Source of the DNA: Rhodosorus marinus CCMP1338
Taxonomy: Eukaryota > Plantae > Rhodophyta
NCBI GenBank assembly: GCA_029953675.1
Contig: JAMWBK010000006.1
Span: forward strand, 2,108,001 to 2,172,000
Length of the DNA: 64,000 nucleotides
Direction: 5' to 3'
This document shows, piece by piece, positions 23,749-35,409 of this stretch (positions are counted from its first letter, which is position 1; every line of letters begins with the position of its first letter). A program made the position numbers and the translations under genes. The notes below the pieces were generated by a model. It worked only from the letters and a program-made list of their open reading frames with translations, searched no databases and was not told the origin of the DNA.

Positions 23749-24444
23749 ATGGCGAGTGGTAGGCTTGGAGGGGGGTATCGAATACTATTGAGTGCTGTTC
23801 GGTCTGGTTCAGTACGGTCTGGGTCTGCTCGTGACAAGAGCTTTGGTTTGGCTCGTGTTTCGATGTCGACTTTGCACACCCCTCTGGGAAGCGTTCCTGA
23901 GGGGACGAGTCGCGAGGAGGTGAGGTCGAAGTGGCATAGCAACGCTATGGATTTGGTCGATGAAATTAAGCCTGTTGCTGTGGAAGGGAGAGTTGCTACA
24001 TGTGATGGGGGTAAGTTTGAAAACTAAAAAAGGTCAAACCTCGCAAAAGTATTCTCCTCCTGTTTCCATTCCGATTTCGAAGCGCCATCCCGTTCTTGCT
24101 TTTGCTTTACCTCCGGGAAGTGCTCAAAATAGCTGCGACTCTGCCTGGAAAGAGCAGGCCGAAAAGCAGCCCAGCTCCAGGTGTAAGCGATAGCTGGTTG
24201 AAGCTCTCTTACACAGTTTGGACTGAGTTGCCTCACGTTCATCAAGCTTTGGACTCAGCTGATTTATTGATTGAGGCACCCTGGATTCTCGTCTAAGACC
24301 CGTTTGCTAATCCTATTCTGATATGTACTCCTTTGAAAAGGTGGAGGCGCTTTGGGACATCCGATCGAATATATCAAGCTGGACAACCCCTATCCATCGG
24401 TTTGCAAGTACTGTGGCAACCGGTTTGTACAAAAGCATCATTAA
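23749..24444 (+). CDS. NDUFS6: NADH:ubiquinone oxidoreductase 13-kDa subunit (zf-CHCC)
   Basis: Exon 1 (23749-24010) ends in PVAVEGRVATCDG. Exon 2 (24341-24444) reads GGGALGHPIEYIKLDNPYPSVCKYCGNRF, completing the C-H-C-C zinc site. The intron is 330 nt. Confidence 0.93.
24111..24254. repeat. Diverged ~150-nt element, copy 2 (inside the NDUFS6 intron); candidate structured ncRNA
   Basis: Paralogue of 23313-23463. See findings. Confidence 0.9.
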
Positions 24445-24950
24445 AAGTAACTCAGGAGATGCCCAGATTTGATGGCACTGAGGCTGTGGCCATGGTAGTG
24501 CCCAGCGGTGGCCGGAATTGTGTGTGGTGTGTAGTTACGACGCAGTTCTATAGCTCTAAAGCAACTCTGCTGTGCTTTTTAAGAAAGAAGGAACGATCCA
24601 CACGGATCCTAATAAAGCTTAAGGATTTTTGAAATTGTTTTCGTCCTTCAGAGCGTTTGCTCCTGCAGCTGCTTTTGGGCTCTCGCGGTGGAAGGGGACC
24701 GCTTTGTCTTCCACATAAGCGGGGGACCGATTTGTTGTTTGATGCTTTTCAGGCTTCGGAACCGATTCGGGAGGCAGCAGTGGAGGAACTCAATTGAGGT
24801 TGCGACTTTGCTTATTCATTGCCTTCTAACCCTACTAGTACGGTATTCATCCTTTCAGATAATGACTAAACGCACTGGCAACCTATTTCTGATGTTGAAT
24901 TTCAAGATACAGCTTAATCGCACACTAAAAAAGCACTGAACCGGGCGTGT

Positions 24951-25685
24951 TTAGAAGGGGCCCATCGGCTTGAGGTTGGTGAGCTGCTCGATGACTGGGG
25001 TCTTGAACACCCAGTTCTGATGAATGAATCCTCCAATGGCGATCATGGCCAGTCTGCCGTTCACAATCTCATTGGCCTGGTATTTCTTGAAAGCGGCGGG
25101 GTCCTTGCCAAGTCCCAACGGATCGAAGCCGAACGCTCCAGGGGTTCGGCCCTTGTCCTCGACCTGCTCAGCGTAAGTGACCTTACCCTGGTGGGTAATG
25201 AACTCGCAGATTCCACAGAAAAGGAAGATCTGCATCAAACCCTCCTTCGGCACCTGGTTGAAAGCGTCAGTTGCCAGTCTGTTCGAGAACACATCTCCAG
25301 GCAGATGTACGAACTCCTGGACGATGAATCCGAGCGTGGCAAGCATGCAAATACGTCCGTGCTTGATCTCAGACTCCTGGAGCCATTTGGGGTCAAGCTT
25401 CTCGGTGAGGAGCAACGGATCGAACCTGTATTAAACAATATTCAACAAGACCAACAGAAACGTATCAGGACATAATTCAGAACTAACTTCATTCTCCCAA
25501 AGTATCAAATCAAATCATGCTTACCCAACGTCGGCAGCTCCCATCGTTCCGTCGCAAGCCTTCGGCCTGTCCAAGAACGGCAGAGAAGGGGACTTCTCAG
25601 CCATCATGGTGACGGAGCGCCCGCTGGAAGTCGTGGCCTTGGTGGCCTTGGTCAATCTGAACGCAGTTGTCGACACGAACGCCAT
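24951..25685 (-). CDS. Lhcr: Red-algal light-harvesting chlorophyll a-binding protein (PSI antenna, Lhcr family)
   Basis: MAFVSTT transit peptide, G|FDPL, ESEIKHGRICMLA (helix 1 ExxHxR), FGFDPLGL, NEIVNGRLAMIA (helix 3). Intron at 25524-25426. Confidence 0.96.
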
Positions 25686-26973
25686 TTCTCCTCTAGATAG
25701 TATCAAAAGACAAAAGTAGAAACAGGAATCCAACCACAACAAACCCCTATTCCACACTCTCACTCCCGCGTTCCACCAGCAGCTCCCCAGCCAGCAACCC
25801 AAATCCACATCCCCTTTTTAAGACGATACTTCACACCGCCTGCTTTTTCACCTAAATTGGTCATCAAAAATTTTCAACCAGTCGAAAGAATCTCTGCCAT
25901 TCCGCACGAGAACTGCAAACCATTCACATTCCCCCACCCCCCTTCCCCATGTTCCTTTCAAATCGCTTGAATCCTCCTACCCAAAAATTGGATCTATCTA
26001 AATCCTCGATTATTTTCCTACAATTCAAAAGAACACCATGTCGAACACAATAAACAATCCGGAAGTCCAAGGTTTTCAGTTCCGTTGTCAACAAAAAACC
26101 ATATGCATTTTAAGGGGGGGAAAATGGGTGCTTTTTAGGGTTCATGCCGATGGCGCATGCCGTTTCACCCCTTCGCAATGTTACCCCTTTATAAAATTCC
26201 TTGTAAGATGGTCTACGGATTAACTGTTTGAAGCTCTTCAACTTTTGTTCCGTTTAGTTTACCCCTTTAGCATGTACGCTTAAATTGTACAAATTACCAG
26301 CTAACCCCCTAGGATAGAGTAGTATATCCGAATGCAAACAGTTCCAATATTTTGCATTGGGATCGGAAGGGAAAGAGAGCTCTGAGGGCGAGAAGCATCA
26401 GGATGCGAAAACAAACACCCGCGCGCCAAATAAACCCCTGAAAAGTCCACTTTCCTCGAAAAATATCCCAGACTGATGGTTTTCCCAAGGGGTATGTGCG
26501 TGAGATTAAACAGGTATGGCCAAATTAGTCCTGAAATTTTATATTTTTTGCCCCTTGCTTAGGATTTTCCTGTTCCGCTATTGCTCGGATAGGGGGGGGG
26601 AAGCAACCAGAAATTGACCCCCTCACCCCCCTCTTCCCCGCCCCTGCGAGATTCGCATTCTTCAAGATCGAGAAGATCCCAAATCGAGCTCTCAAGGACA
26701 ATAAAAAGAAACAAAAAACAAATAAAACAATAGAATTCAATCTTTTCATGATCGACAATGTCCCCCCACCTAGAAAAACCTGAAAGGATGCTTCAACGTA
26801 TATACGAGGAGGAAACTTATTAAATGGTAGTTAGATCGTAACTATCCATACAACACGCGGCGGTAGTTGATTGGTTATATCAAATATCAATACGACAGTG
26901 TGTCTTTTCGAGTAAGGACAGCCTGTCCGTTCTTTGTCTAAACATATGAGAACCCCCCGAGAGATCTCACAAA

Positions 26974-27321
26974 ACACGTCCCAAGTGTATGCCCCCCCTG
27001 GGTACCGTCTCAATTATTCCAGAATTCAAGGTTTACTTTCCTCCTAATTACTCCCTAATATAGGTATTTTATCCCAAAACTAACTTTCGTTTTTCTAATT
27101 CTGGTTCTTCTTCCTTACTTGTTTCTTCTCTACCTTAAAGCTAACCTCGTAAGGGTCGGGGATTCCATCGTATTTAGGCACTACTTCATCGGGATGTGCA
27201 ATACCGCCGAGACTAAAAGAAGTGTTGTACGTCCATAGATTCTGGTACAGCCCGAGCATAATTTAGCTCAGAAACGGATATTCTGGAAGGTTGAAGTTGC
27301 TTGGAAGGGTAAGACATCACA
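26974..27321 (-). repeat. 3' LTR (clearly alignable part)
   Basis: Aligns with ~28820-29177. On the minus strand it begins TGTGATG, immediately after the purine tract GGTGGGAGGGA (PPT-like, 27322-27332). Confidence 0.8.
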
Positions 27322-28693
27322 TCCCTCCCACCGAAGAGGCGCGGGGTCGGGCAGATTCAGCAGCGCGATGAAAATTAGTGTAGTATCGAATCTGCTTCTT
27401 CGTACTAGCAGTTTGTGGCAACTTATGAGCCGCGAACCATCGAGCATCGGCTACAGTTTCTCCATCAAAGTAAACCAGGTACTCGCTGGTGTGTCTGGTT
27501 TCAGCCGATGTCGAAGTACTGACGTGATTATTCCGGTCGGTGATTCCGTCGTGAAATGCCCAAACTGGGCATTCGGCAACATTATCGTGGACTCCTGTAA
27601 TTTCCTCAGCAGGGAAACGTGGAAAGTTGGATGCATATCCATCTCAGCGGGTAACGTTCGCGTGTAAGCAACAGCATTCACCTTACGTGCGACCTTGAAA
27701 GGTCCGATGTACCGGGGTCTGAAAGGTTTCGGGTCGCGTAGCGGCAGGTTTGTTGTCGATAATAACACCACTTCGACAGTGGAAAACTCCGGGTCACGCC
27801 TACCTGCATCATATCGTACTTTCTGCACTTGCTTAGCATAAAGCATATTATTCCGCGCTTCCGTGTATTGATCGTGTTGATGCCGTAGCAAAACTTCAGC
27901 TGCGTCAGGAAGAGGAGAAAGGGTAGCCTCCTCGGCACGTGGTACAGTTAATGTCCCTGGTAGGTCGAGATTGCGCCAAAAGTTCAAAAGGTGAGTACTT
28001 CGTCGCTTAGAGATTTGAGTGTTGCACACCAGCTCCGTCATGGGTAGATCCGAGGCCCAGGTTGCTTGGATACTCAGTTTGTCCATCCGTCTGGGGATGG
28101 TACGCAGTACTCATGTTGGTTTTTACCCAATCAGGGCGCCTTTTCAGCGACAGTGTCGGCGTTTCCTACTGCGCTCTCCTTTTAACTGCTGTATGGTAGG
28201 AGGTGCCGACTTCGAGACAACCGGATACCTGTCTGGATTTCCCCAACAGACCCGTTGAGCATGTCCCTTTTTACCGCAATAATCGCAGTCAACGTTGGCT
28301 TAGTTCCGTTTCTGCAAGGCTTGTGTTCCGGGTTGATAAGCTGTGACCAGATCTGGTACCTCGGCTTACAGTGGTTTGGGGCTTTGCTTTTCTCGGAATT
28401 TGACAGGGTTGATAAGGTGGTCACGAACGGGTGGGGGGGAGTTTAGGGAGGCGCCTGCGCCTGACCTTGCTTTCTCTCCCCTTTTGGGGGTTATGGCGAG
28501 CTTTCGATGGAGCGACTGAGGGTTTATGAGCTATGACCGTTTTGGTTCGGATGAGGTGGAACTAGTGGAGCCCTGACCACTGTGGCAAAAAACAAGGGAG
28601 GGCGCTTACGATGGCGAGAGAGTTCTGCGTGGTGGGTGATGACGTATTCGTTACCGTAAACTTATCCTCGATCTTTTCGATCCCGAGTACCAG

Positions 28694-29177
28694 TGTGAAT
28701 GAGGTAGGAGACCTGGCATTGCGGATGGCGAGCCAGCTGGCAGGCTGATGATCACGAGACGTGCAGGATATATAAGACACGAGATGTGCAGGAGTTATTA
28801 CGCGAGATGGGGACCAGCTAACACGTCCCAAATGTCCACCTGGGTACTGTCCTCAATTAATCCAGAATTCAAGGTTTACTTCCTTCCTAATTACTCTCTA
28901 ATTAGGTAGTTTATCCCAAAGCTAACTTTCCTTTTCTAACTCTGTTTGTTCTTTCTTGTTTCTTCTCTGCGTACAAGGGATCCCCGAAAACATCAGGGAT
29001 TTCATCGTATTTACCGTGCGCCAACATTTATACCCTTACCTCATCGGAATGCGCAATACCGCCGAGACTAAAATAAGTGTCCTACCTCCATAGATTCTGG
29101 CACAGCCTGAGCATAATTTAGCTCAGAAACGGATATTGCTGGAAGGTTGAACTTGGTTGCAAGGCTCAGTCGTCACG
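28694..29177 (-). repeat. 5' LTR with adjacent PBS-like sequence
   Basis: The minus strand ends ...CACA at 28694. One base later comes TGGTACTCGGG (28692-28682), a TGG-starting PBS-like motif. The 5' end reads CGTGACG versus TGTGATG in the other LTR. Confidence 0.75.
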
Positions 29178-30429
29178 GCGCGTGGTGATGCAGAGTCGGG
29201 ACTCTCCTTCTCTTTTTCCAAATCTGCACTTATTCTTATGAAAGAAAAACTGCGGAAAACGGCCCTGACGTTATCCTCCCGAAATGAAGTAGCATGAAAA
29301 ATGGGAGAAAATTGATGGATTGACGGCAGGAGGGGAATATTCTCGAGGTCCTTGTTTTTTTGGTTTGTGTTTTCGTCGATAACCCCGGTTTCGTCTAGGA
29401 CGTGAAGTGTAAGCTATAGGTTGTTTTTTTTTTTGGGGGGGGGGGTTGTTCAGCTCTTCTAAATATTGAATTATTATTACAGAAAATCATGTTTTCGCTT
29501 GAAACCACCCGTTCAACGTGGAATATGAATTGGCAGTCAACTAAGTTCTGTGAAATTGATTTACTGGGCAAATCCAGAGGGGGTCTTCAGCGTTTAGGCA
29601 TAGGTCAGTTGACGAAAAAAAAGAAAAGTCGCAGCTAGGAAAAAAAGTCTAAAACTATTCCGAAAGTCAAGAAAAACGAACGCAAGTTCTTCTCTCTCTC
29701 TCCCCCCCCCTTAGACAAATAGGACGTGTGAAGAATTTTGACAACCCCAAAGGGGGTGGAGAAAGATGAAAAACACTTCTAGCTAAGAAAACCTGCTTTT
29801 TTGTGACGTACTTTCTTCAACTAAACCACACCATGCGCTTTTGACGAATTTTAGATGGACAACACTATTTTTTTCATTTTTATTGCGAGTTGAACTAGAG
29901 AGGTGTCTGAGACCTTTCGGATTTTTACAGTGATTTGTTGGGCCCTGGAATGATGATTTGTATTTTGGTTCTTTTTTGAAAGGTTTCGGAAAGGGAGTTT
30001 TATTTGAGGCACGTTTCTGGCTCTTGTGGAGGGACTCAAATAAGTTAGTTTCCTTCGGTTTAGAAGGTTTACTAACTGGGGCTTCGCATACAGGACAGGG
30101 CGTGCCGTACCGATTGCGACGGGGACTGAAACGTTGTGGGTTGGTTAGGTTCTGTTTACAGCGGAGACAGTTCAGGCTGAGGGTCCGGTGAGCTACGTTG
30201 AAAATCCTTTGAAAAATCCTTTCGGGTACCTTTTGCATTTCACGCGTTGCAACAGTGGGTGGCGGTAGGTAGTTCATGTATAAAGGCGTTGCGTGTTGGT
30301 AGAGAGAGCCTTGGCTGTTTGATCGTTTGTCTGGAGTCGCTCAAGCTGATTGTTCTGTGGGACATCATTGTGATCGTTTAGGAGTTGTTTACGTTGTTTT
30401 TCGTGACAAGCACGTTTGACACCTGAGAA

Positions 30430-30991
30430 ATGCGGAGTACAACTCAGGATTTATCGGACGAGAAGGTGAAGGAGTTTCGGGAAGCGTTTGCCCTCTTCGA
30501 CAAGGACAGGGATGGATCGATAACGATTGATGAACTGGGAGGTGTTATGCGATCGCTCGACTCGACTCCATCCGAAGAAGTGCTCAGGATGATGATCAGT
30601 GAGGTCGACGCAGATGGAAATGGCAGTATCGACTTTGCCGAGTTCTTGACGCTCATGGCCAGAAAGATGAAGCAGTCGGACGGTCAGGATGAAATTCTTG
30701 AGGCGTTCAAAGTCTTTGACAAGGATGGGAGTGGCAAAATATCCGCAGAGGAGTTGCGAAATGTACTTCTGAAGCTGGGAGAAAATTTGACTAGTGAAGA
30801 GGTCAGTTCAGCTAGATGCATCCACTTTCACATGGAACCTCTCTCGCACCCCTTGTTTGCTGATGATTTACCCTGTTTGCCCGTGTGAATTCTGTTTACA
30901 GGCTACTGACTTGATAAAGGCAGCGGATTTGAACGGGGATGGGGAAATTGACTATGAAGAGTTTGTAAAGATGATGGGATACTCAACGTGA
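30430..30991 (+). CDS. Calmodulin or calmodulin-like protein, four EF-hands
   Basis: Loops [48 protein letters not shown]. Intron at 30802-30901. Visibly diverged from canonical CaM in the linker and helix residues. Confidence 0.93.
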
Positions 30992-33900
30992 AATTTTCTT
31001 GATTGCCTGTTGGAGAACTACAACTACGCGTTTCTTCTATTTTTTTTCCTCATTGGACGGATCTCGGAGAATCAGTTGCGGCTGCCATACCCTGCGCTCC
31101 AGGTTTCGGTGATTGTATACCTGGGATCTCACCCATTGGGTGTGCAGCCCCGAGTCCTATGAATACCGGCAACTCACTTCTAGAGCCAAGTTGATAAAAT
31201 ATTGCTTATAAACACCGTCTCGGTCGTGGCTGGCCTACCGTGATGAACGGCCAAATTCGTGGCTTTTCGCTTTTTTAACCCTGGGCCCTGACGCTTGGGT
31301 GATGGAAAGCCCGTGCCATGGCGCCCCCCGGGATTCTTCGGTAGTATCTGTTATAGGTCTGGATGACTTGTGCGCAAGGACACGGTTTCTGGAGCAGCAT
31401 AAGAATTGCTAGCATGCGTTGCCTCCGCTGGCAGTCGTTGCTTGCTGCTGAATCTTCTGCAGTTGCGACTAGGCCTTCAAACGAGCACATGCCGGATCTA
31501 GTTGTGAGAAACTGCAATGTGTATCACCGGCGCTCCTTCAGGCGACTGCCCTCGAAGGTGATGAGCTGAGCAGGACCTTTGCGTCGATTAGTTTGGTAGA
31601 TTGAGGCTTTAGGGGTAGGTTGTTCTGAAGGTCCCACATCTCTGAACCTCCGGAGCTCGAACCCCATATGATCAACACCGCCCACACGCCGAAGCAGGAA
31701 CTATTTCCACGCGCAAGTCCCTCAAATCTCGCCAGCGTTCGTGTTCCAAATATCAGCAGAAGCCACAAATTCGAAAATGGCTGGCTTAAGCCCAATATAT
31801 GGCCCGGAGGGCGAGTCGGAGAGAAATCGAGTTCCAACTTTCAGCCGTAGGATGGTTCTGCAAGATAGTCGACTAGGGTTTCCTCTCGTAGTGAAAACTT
31901 TGGAAGACAGTCCATTGGGGTTTCCACTAGTAGTGAAAAGTTTCCAGAACCGCTCTGTCGCGCTGGAAACGAAGTCTTTTTGCGCAGAACGTACACCAGA
32001 CGCCTTAGCAACCCGCAGATAGTCTTGGTGTGAGATGGGCTCCTAACCAGGTGTATTGCGTACCAAAGAGGGTTTCAACTAGGAAATCCGATATGCAAGT
32101 GGCAGTGGACTTCTCCTACCACACTCCCAAGGATCTTTGGCTTCGAAAGCATGGATCCAGGATCCAGTTGGTTTGCGCTTTGGAGCTGAGTTGAGATGGT
32201 ATATATTTGTATTTGTTGCTTTCAAAACGGGGCTGTCCCGGAGATTCTCTTGTAAGCCCCCCCGAAGTCTGTGCTGGGGCTCGCCATTCCAAGCGCCTCA
32301 GGTAATCTCCACCGCCACTGCTACTGCAACCGAGCTGTGATTTTGATTAGGTGCTTCGATCGTGTTTATCGTGTTCCATTCATCCAGTGGTTTTGATATT
32401 GGACCAAGGGGTCGCAATCGATCCGAGGAACTCATTGCGGTTACGATTGGAGCTTTGATTTCTCTGTTAGATCTGCCTTCTATCATCCGCCAAATTCACA
32501 TTGCGATGTGTTGTGCTGAGACATGAGCCTGCTGACTCGCAAATCGACTTCCGCTGTATCCGGACACAAGTAGCCCTGATAGGACAATACTCTAACAGAA
32601 ACCCCTAGCAAGATTTTCTGATGACCACTGATCTCAAATCAATGTTGTGAACAGTCCCAAAAAAGCATCCTAATCGCATAGGGCATTTTAGTGAAACAAC
32701 TCCTCTAGTCACAAAACCCCAATCGCGTTCAGTTGTTGAGCAAACGTCCAAGTCTTACTATTCCAGGAACCAAATTTCAGGCCAGACCATTGGAGGTTTT
32801 AGTCCTATCCAACCCTTCCCCCCCATCAATATCCCAAAGCTTTCCCTCTCAGCCGCAGGTTGCAAGATCCCTTTTCTTCATCAGGCCTATAATTAACAAG
32901 CAAAAAACGGAATTCAAGCAACCAACAAAAAGCTCAACACCGACAGACCAGATCCGCGACTAGTGCAGCCCCTCACCTTCTCCTTCCCGTTCCCCCCCTT
33001 CCCCTCCCCGAAAAAAACAAATCCCCTTTTCCATCAGCGGATGAAAACTAGCCTGAGGAAAATCCTTCTCATCGCATTGGGTAAGAAGCTCTAAACCAAA
33101 AAAACTCGACAAATCATAATATTATTATTCCTACAAAGGGGGTTCTGGAAACCTTCAAGAAAAATAAGGGAAAGAGGAAACGCGGGGAAGATACCAGAAC
33201 TTCATAAAATATTCGTAATATGAAAAGTCTTAACCTCTAACAATAAAAGAAAAAAAGGATCTTCAGAATAGATTTATTGAAGAATGGAAATTTATTTTCA
33301 GGATAGGTTTGATGGATAATCCTTTTTAGGGTATAATATTAATGAATTATATTTATATTTTCTACGTGAAACAGTTGAGGGTGGCCCTAAAAAAAAAGGG
33401 GACTTTCTTTTTTTTTTGTTGGCTGGGGGTGGTGGTTCGGGGGGGATTGGGGTTTTGCCCGCTCAAGATTTTTTTGTTTTTTTAAGTTACATTCAGCAAG
33501 CACGTTTGGTGGAAATTCTTTCCACTCTGAGTGGCTACTCATTCACATTTCCTGTAGAATCTTCGGCGAACAAAAAATACACACACCGTCGGCCTCACAT
33601 TAAGAATTTATCCAAAAATATCCGAATGGCTGTATAATTGTATTGAAAATCAAGTACGTTTCGTTCTCTAAACACCCCCAACCTCCTCCTCAAACATTCT
33701 GAACCTGCTACCCCTTTTACCATAGAGTCCAACTTTTTCGTAATCTGGAATTTTAGGTGATAGTACTCTATATTTACGGTATCCTATTAAACATTGGATT
33801 AAAGTAGTAAATTAAACGGAAATAGTTCTTTATTTAGAGATAGTTCTACTTCTATCTAGTCGCTGGTGCACAGTTGTGTTCTCCGAGGCGGTAGGTTTGA

Positions 33901-34355
33901 AGTTTCGGAAATGAGTGGAGATGTTTCAAGTAAGATTTAACTTTTGCTCGCGTTTTTAGTTCTTTTTTCTTTTATTTTTGTTGTATAGTGGTGGCTTGTG
34001 TGGAAATGGTGGGAGGGAGGAGTCTGCAGGGAGGGGGGTGGAGGTGGGGTAAACAATTTAACGGTGGTCGCGCACAATTTTTATGTGCGGTGTTGGGTAC
34101 TGTGAAAATCATTAGTTGGGAAAGGTAAACGGAATCGAAGAATACACAGGGAGGGAGTGTGTATATGTAAAGGGAAATGCTTGTTGGGTTGTCCAACGCG
34201 TTACTGTGTGAGGGGCGAAGGTCCTTTTTTGTCGTAGAGTGGTTTTTGTACGGAATGAGGGAGGTGGTTTCGGTTTCTGCGTGAGAAGGAGAAGAGATTG
34301 CCGTGGCGATTTGTTGTTTTGGTTTTGTAGTTCTGCATTGGGGCAGAGGATTGGG

Positions 34356-35409
34356 ATGGAGAGGAGCGAGGAAAGGATGGGAGTGAAAATGAAGAGGGAG
34401 GACAAGATGGAAAAGTCGGACGAGAAGATGGAGAGCGTAACGCCTCCAGGGGAATTGAGGACGGGGTGGTATCGGGATGTTCAAGCTTCGCTGAATGGAG
34501 ATTCGCCTATGTATGGGAAGTCTGAGGGCGGTATTGCCCAACCGTCCGCCATGCTCAGAGGAAACATGGTAGGATCGGAGCCAGTTGTGGTGATGCCAGG
34601 GTACGCTTCTGCCGCAGGTAACCCTCAAGCTCCCTCCGCTTTTGAAATGCTCATCGAGCAGCAAAAAGTAAGCGCACCACTTAAGTTAAAACCGAGCACA
34701 ATATCCGTGACGGCTGACGACAATCTCTCTCCCTACCTGCTTGTTCGCTTACAAAGTTGAATCAGCATCTGCAGAGGGAACTTTCCAAAGTCCGTTACGA
34801 GGTGGAGAAACTGAGGGAAGCACTTCATGAATACGAATGTGAGAGGCAACAAAAGGAGGCTCCTCGAGCACAGACCAGATATTGGACGCCCGAAGAGCAT
34901 GAAAGGTTAGTGCCATGGATAATAGAGCGTTCTGTTCTCTCCGGATTGCTGTGGAAAGCAGGGCCCTAGTGTAGGCCGCGTTGACTCTAGCTGCTATTTG
35001 AACTGTTATTTGAACTGAACGGAGCATCTGCATGCTCTCCCAACCACGCAGGTTTATTGATGCGGTGAGGAAGTTCGGCGCGAAGGATGTCCGTTCGGTC
35101 GCATCGTATGTGGGGACTAGGAACGCCACCCAGGTCCGCACTCATGCCCAAAAGTATTTCCTGAAGATGCAGAGGGAAGGAAAAGGCAACCCTATTCAGA
35201 AGAACAGGAGGCGGTGTATGAGTGAAGGCGACTTGACAAAGGTGGTGGAGCGGAGGCAAAGCAAAGAAAGCCGGGGGGATGATGGCGAGGCTTCGGAGAG
35301 CATGCTCTCTAGGATCAACCCGAGTCCGTTAAGCAAGCAACCCTCCGGTATTGACCTGCTTTCAGTTGCTGCTGAAGCGGTCAAGAATGAGGAAAAATCG
35401 ACCCGGTAG
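34356..35409 (+). CDS. 1R-Myb (SHAQKYF class) transcription factor with an upstream coiled coil
   Basis: Spliced domain YWTPEEHE|RFIDAVRKFGAKDVRSVASYVGTRNATQVRTHAQKYFLKMQR. Two introns. Confidence 0.92.

Larger units (their letters stand above)
26899..29177 (-). mobile_element. Internally deleted, degenerate Ty3/gypsy chromovirus-type LTR retrotransposon
   Basis: Two related LTR-like repeats flank a gag CCHC knuckle (CDYCGKKGHAQRVC, ~28250-28295), an integrase core end (STAYHPQTDGQTE, ~28070-28115), a GPY/F module (RYIGPFKV...VNAVAY...HPTFHVSLL) and a chromodomain-like remnant (SVLRHR...W). No protease, RT or RNase H motifs were seen. The left boundary is uncertain. Confidence 0.88.

Noticed and set aside
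24140-24175. SRP RNA helix-8-like string GGAAAGAGCAGG / CAGGCCGAAAAGCAGCC
   Set aside because: The closing stem is incomplete, the paralogous copy changes the invariant AGG/AGCAG bases, and no Alu domain was seen.
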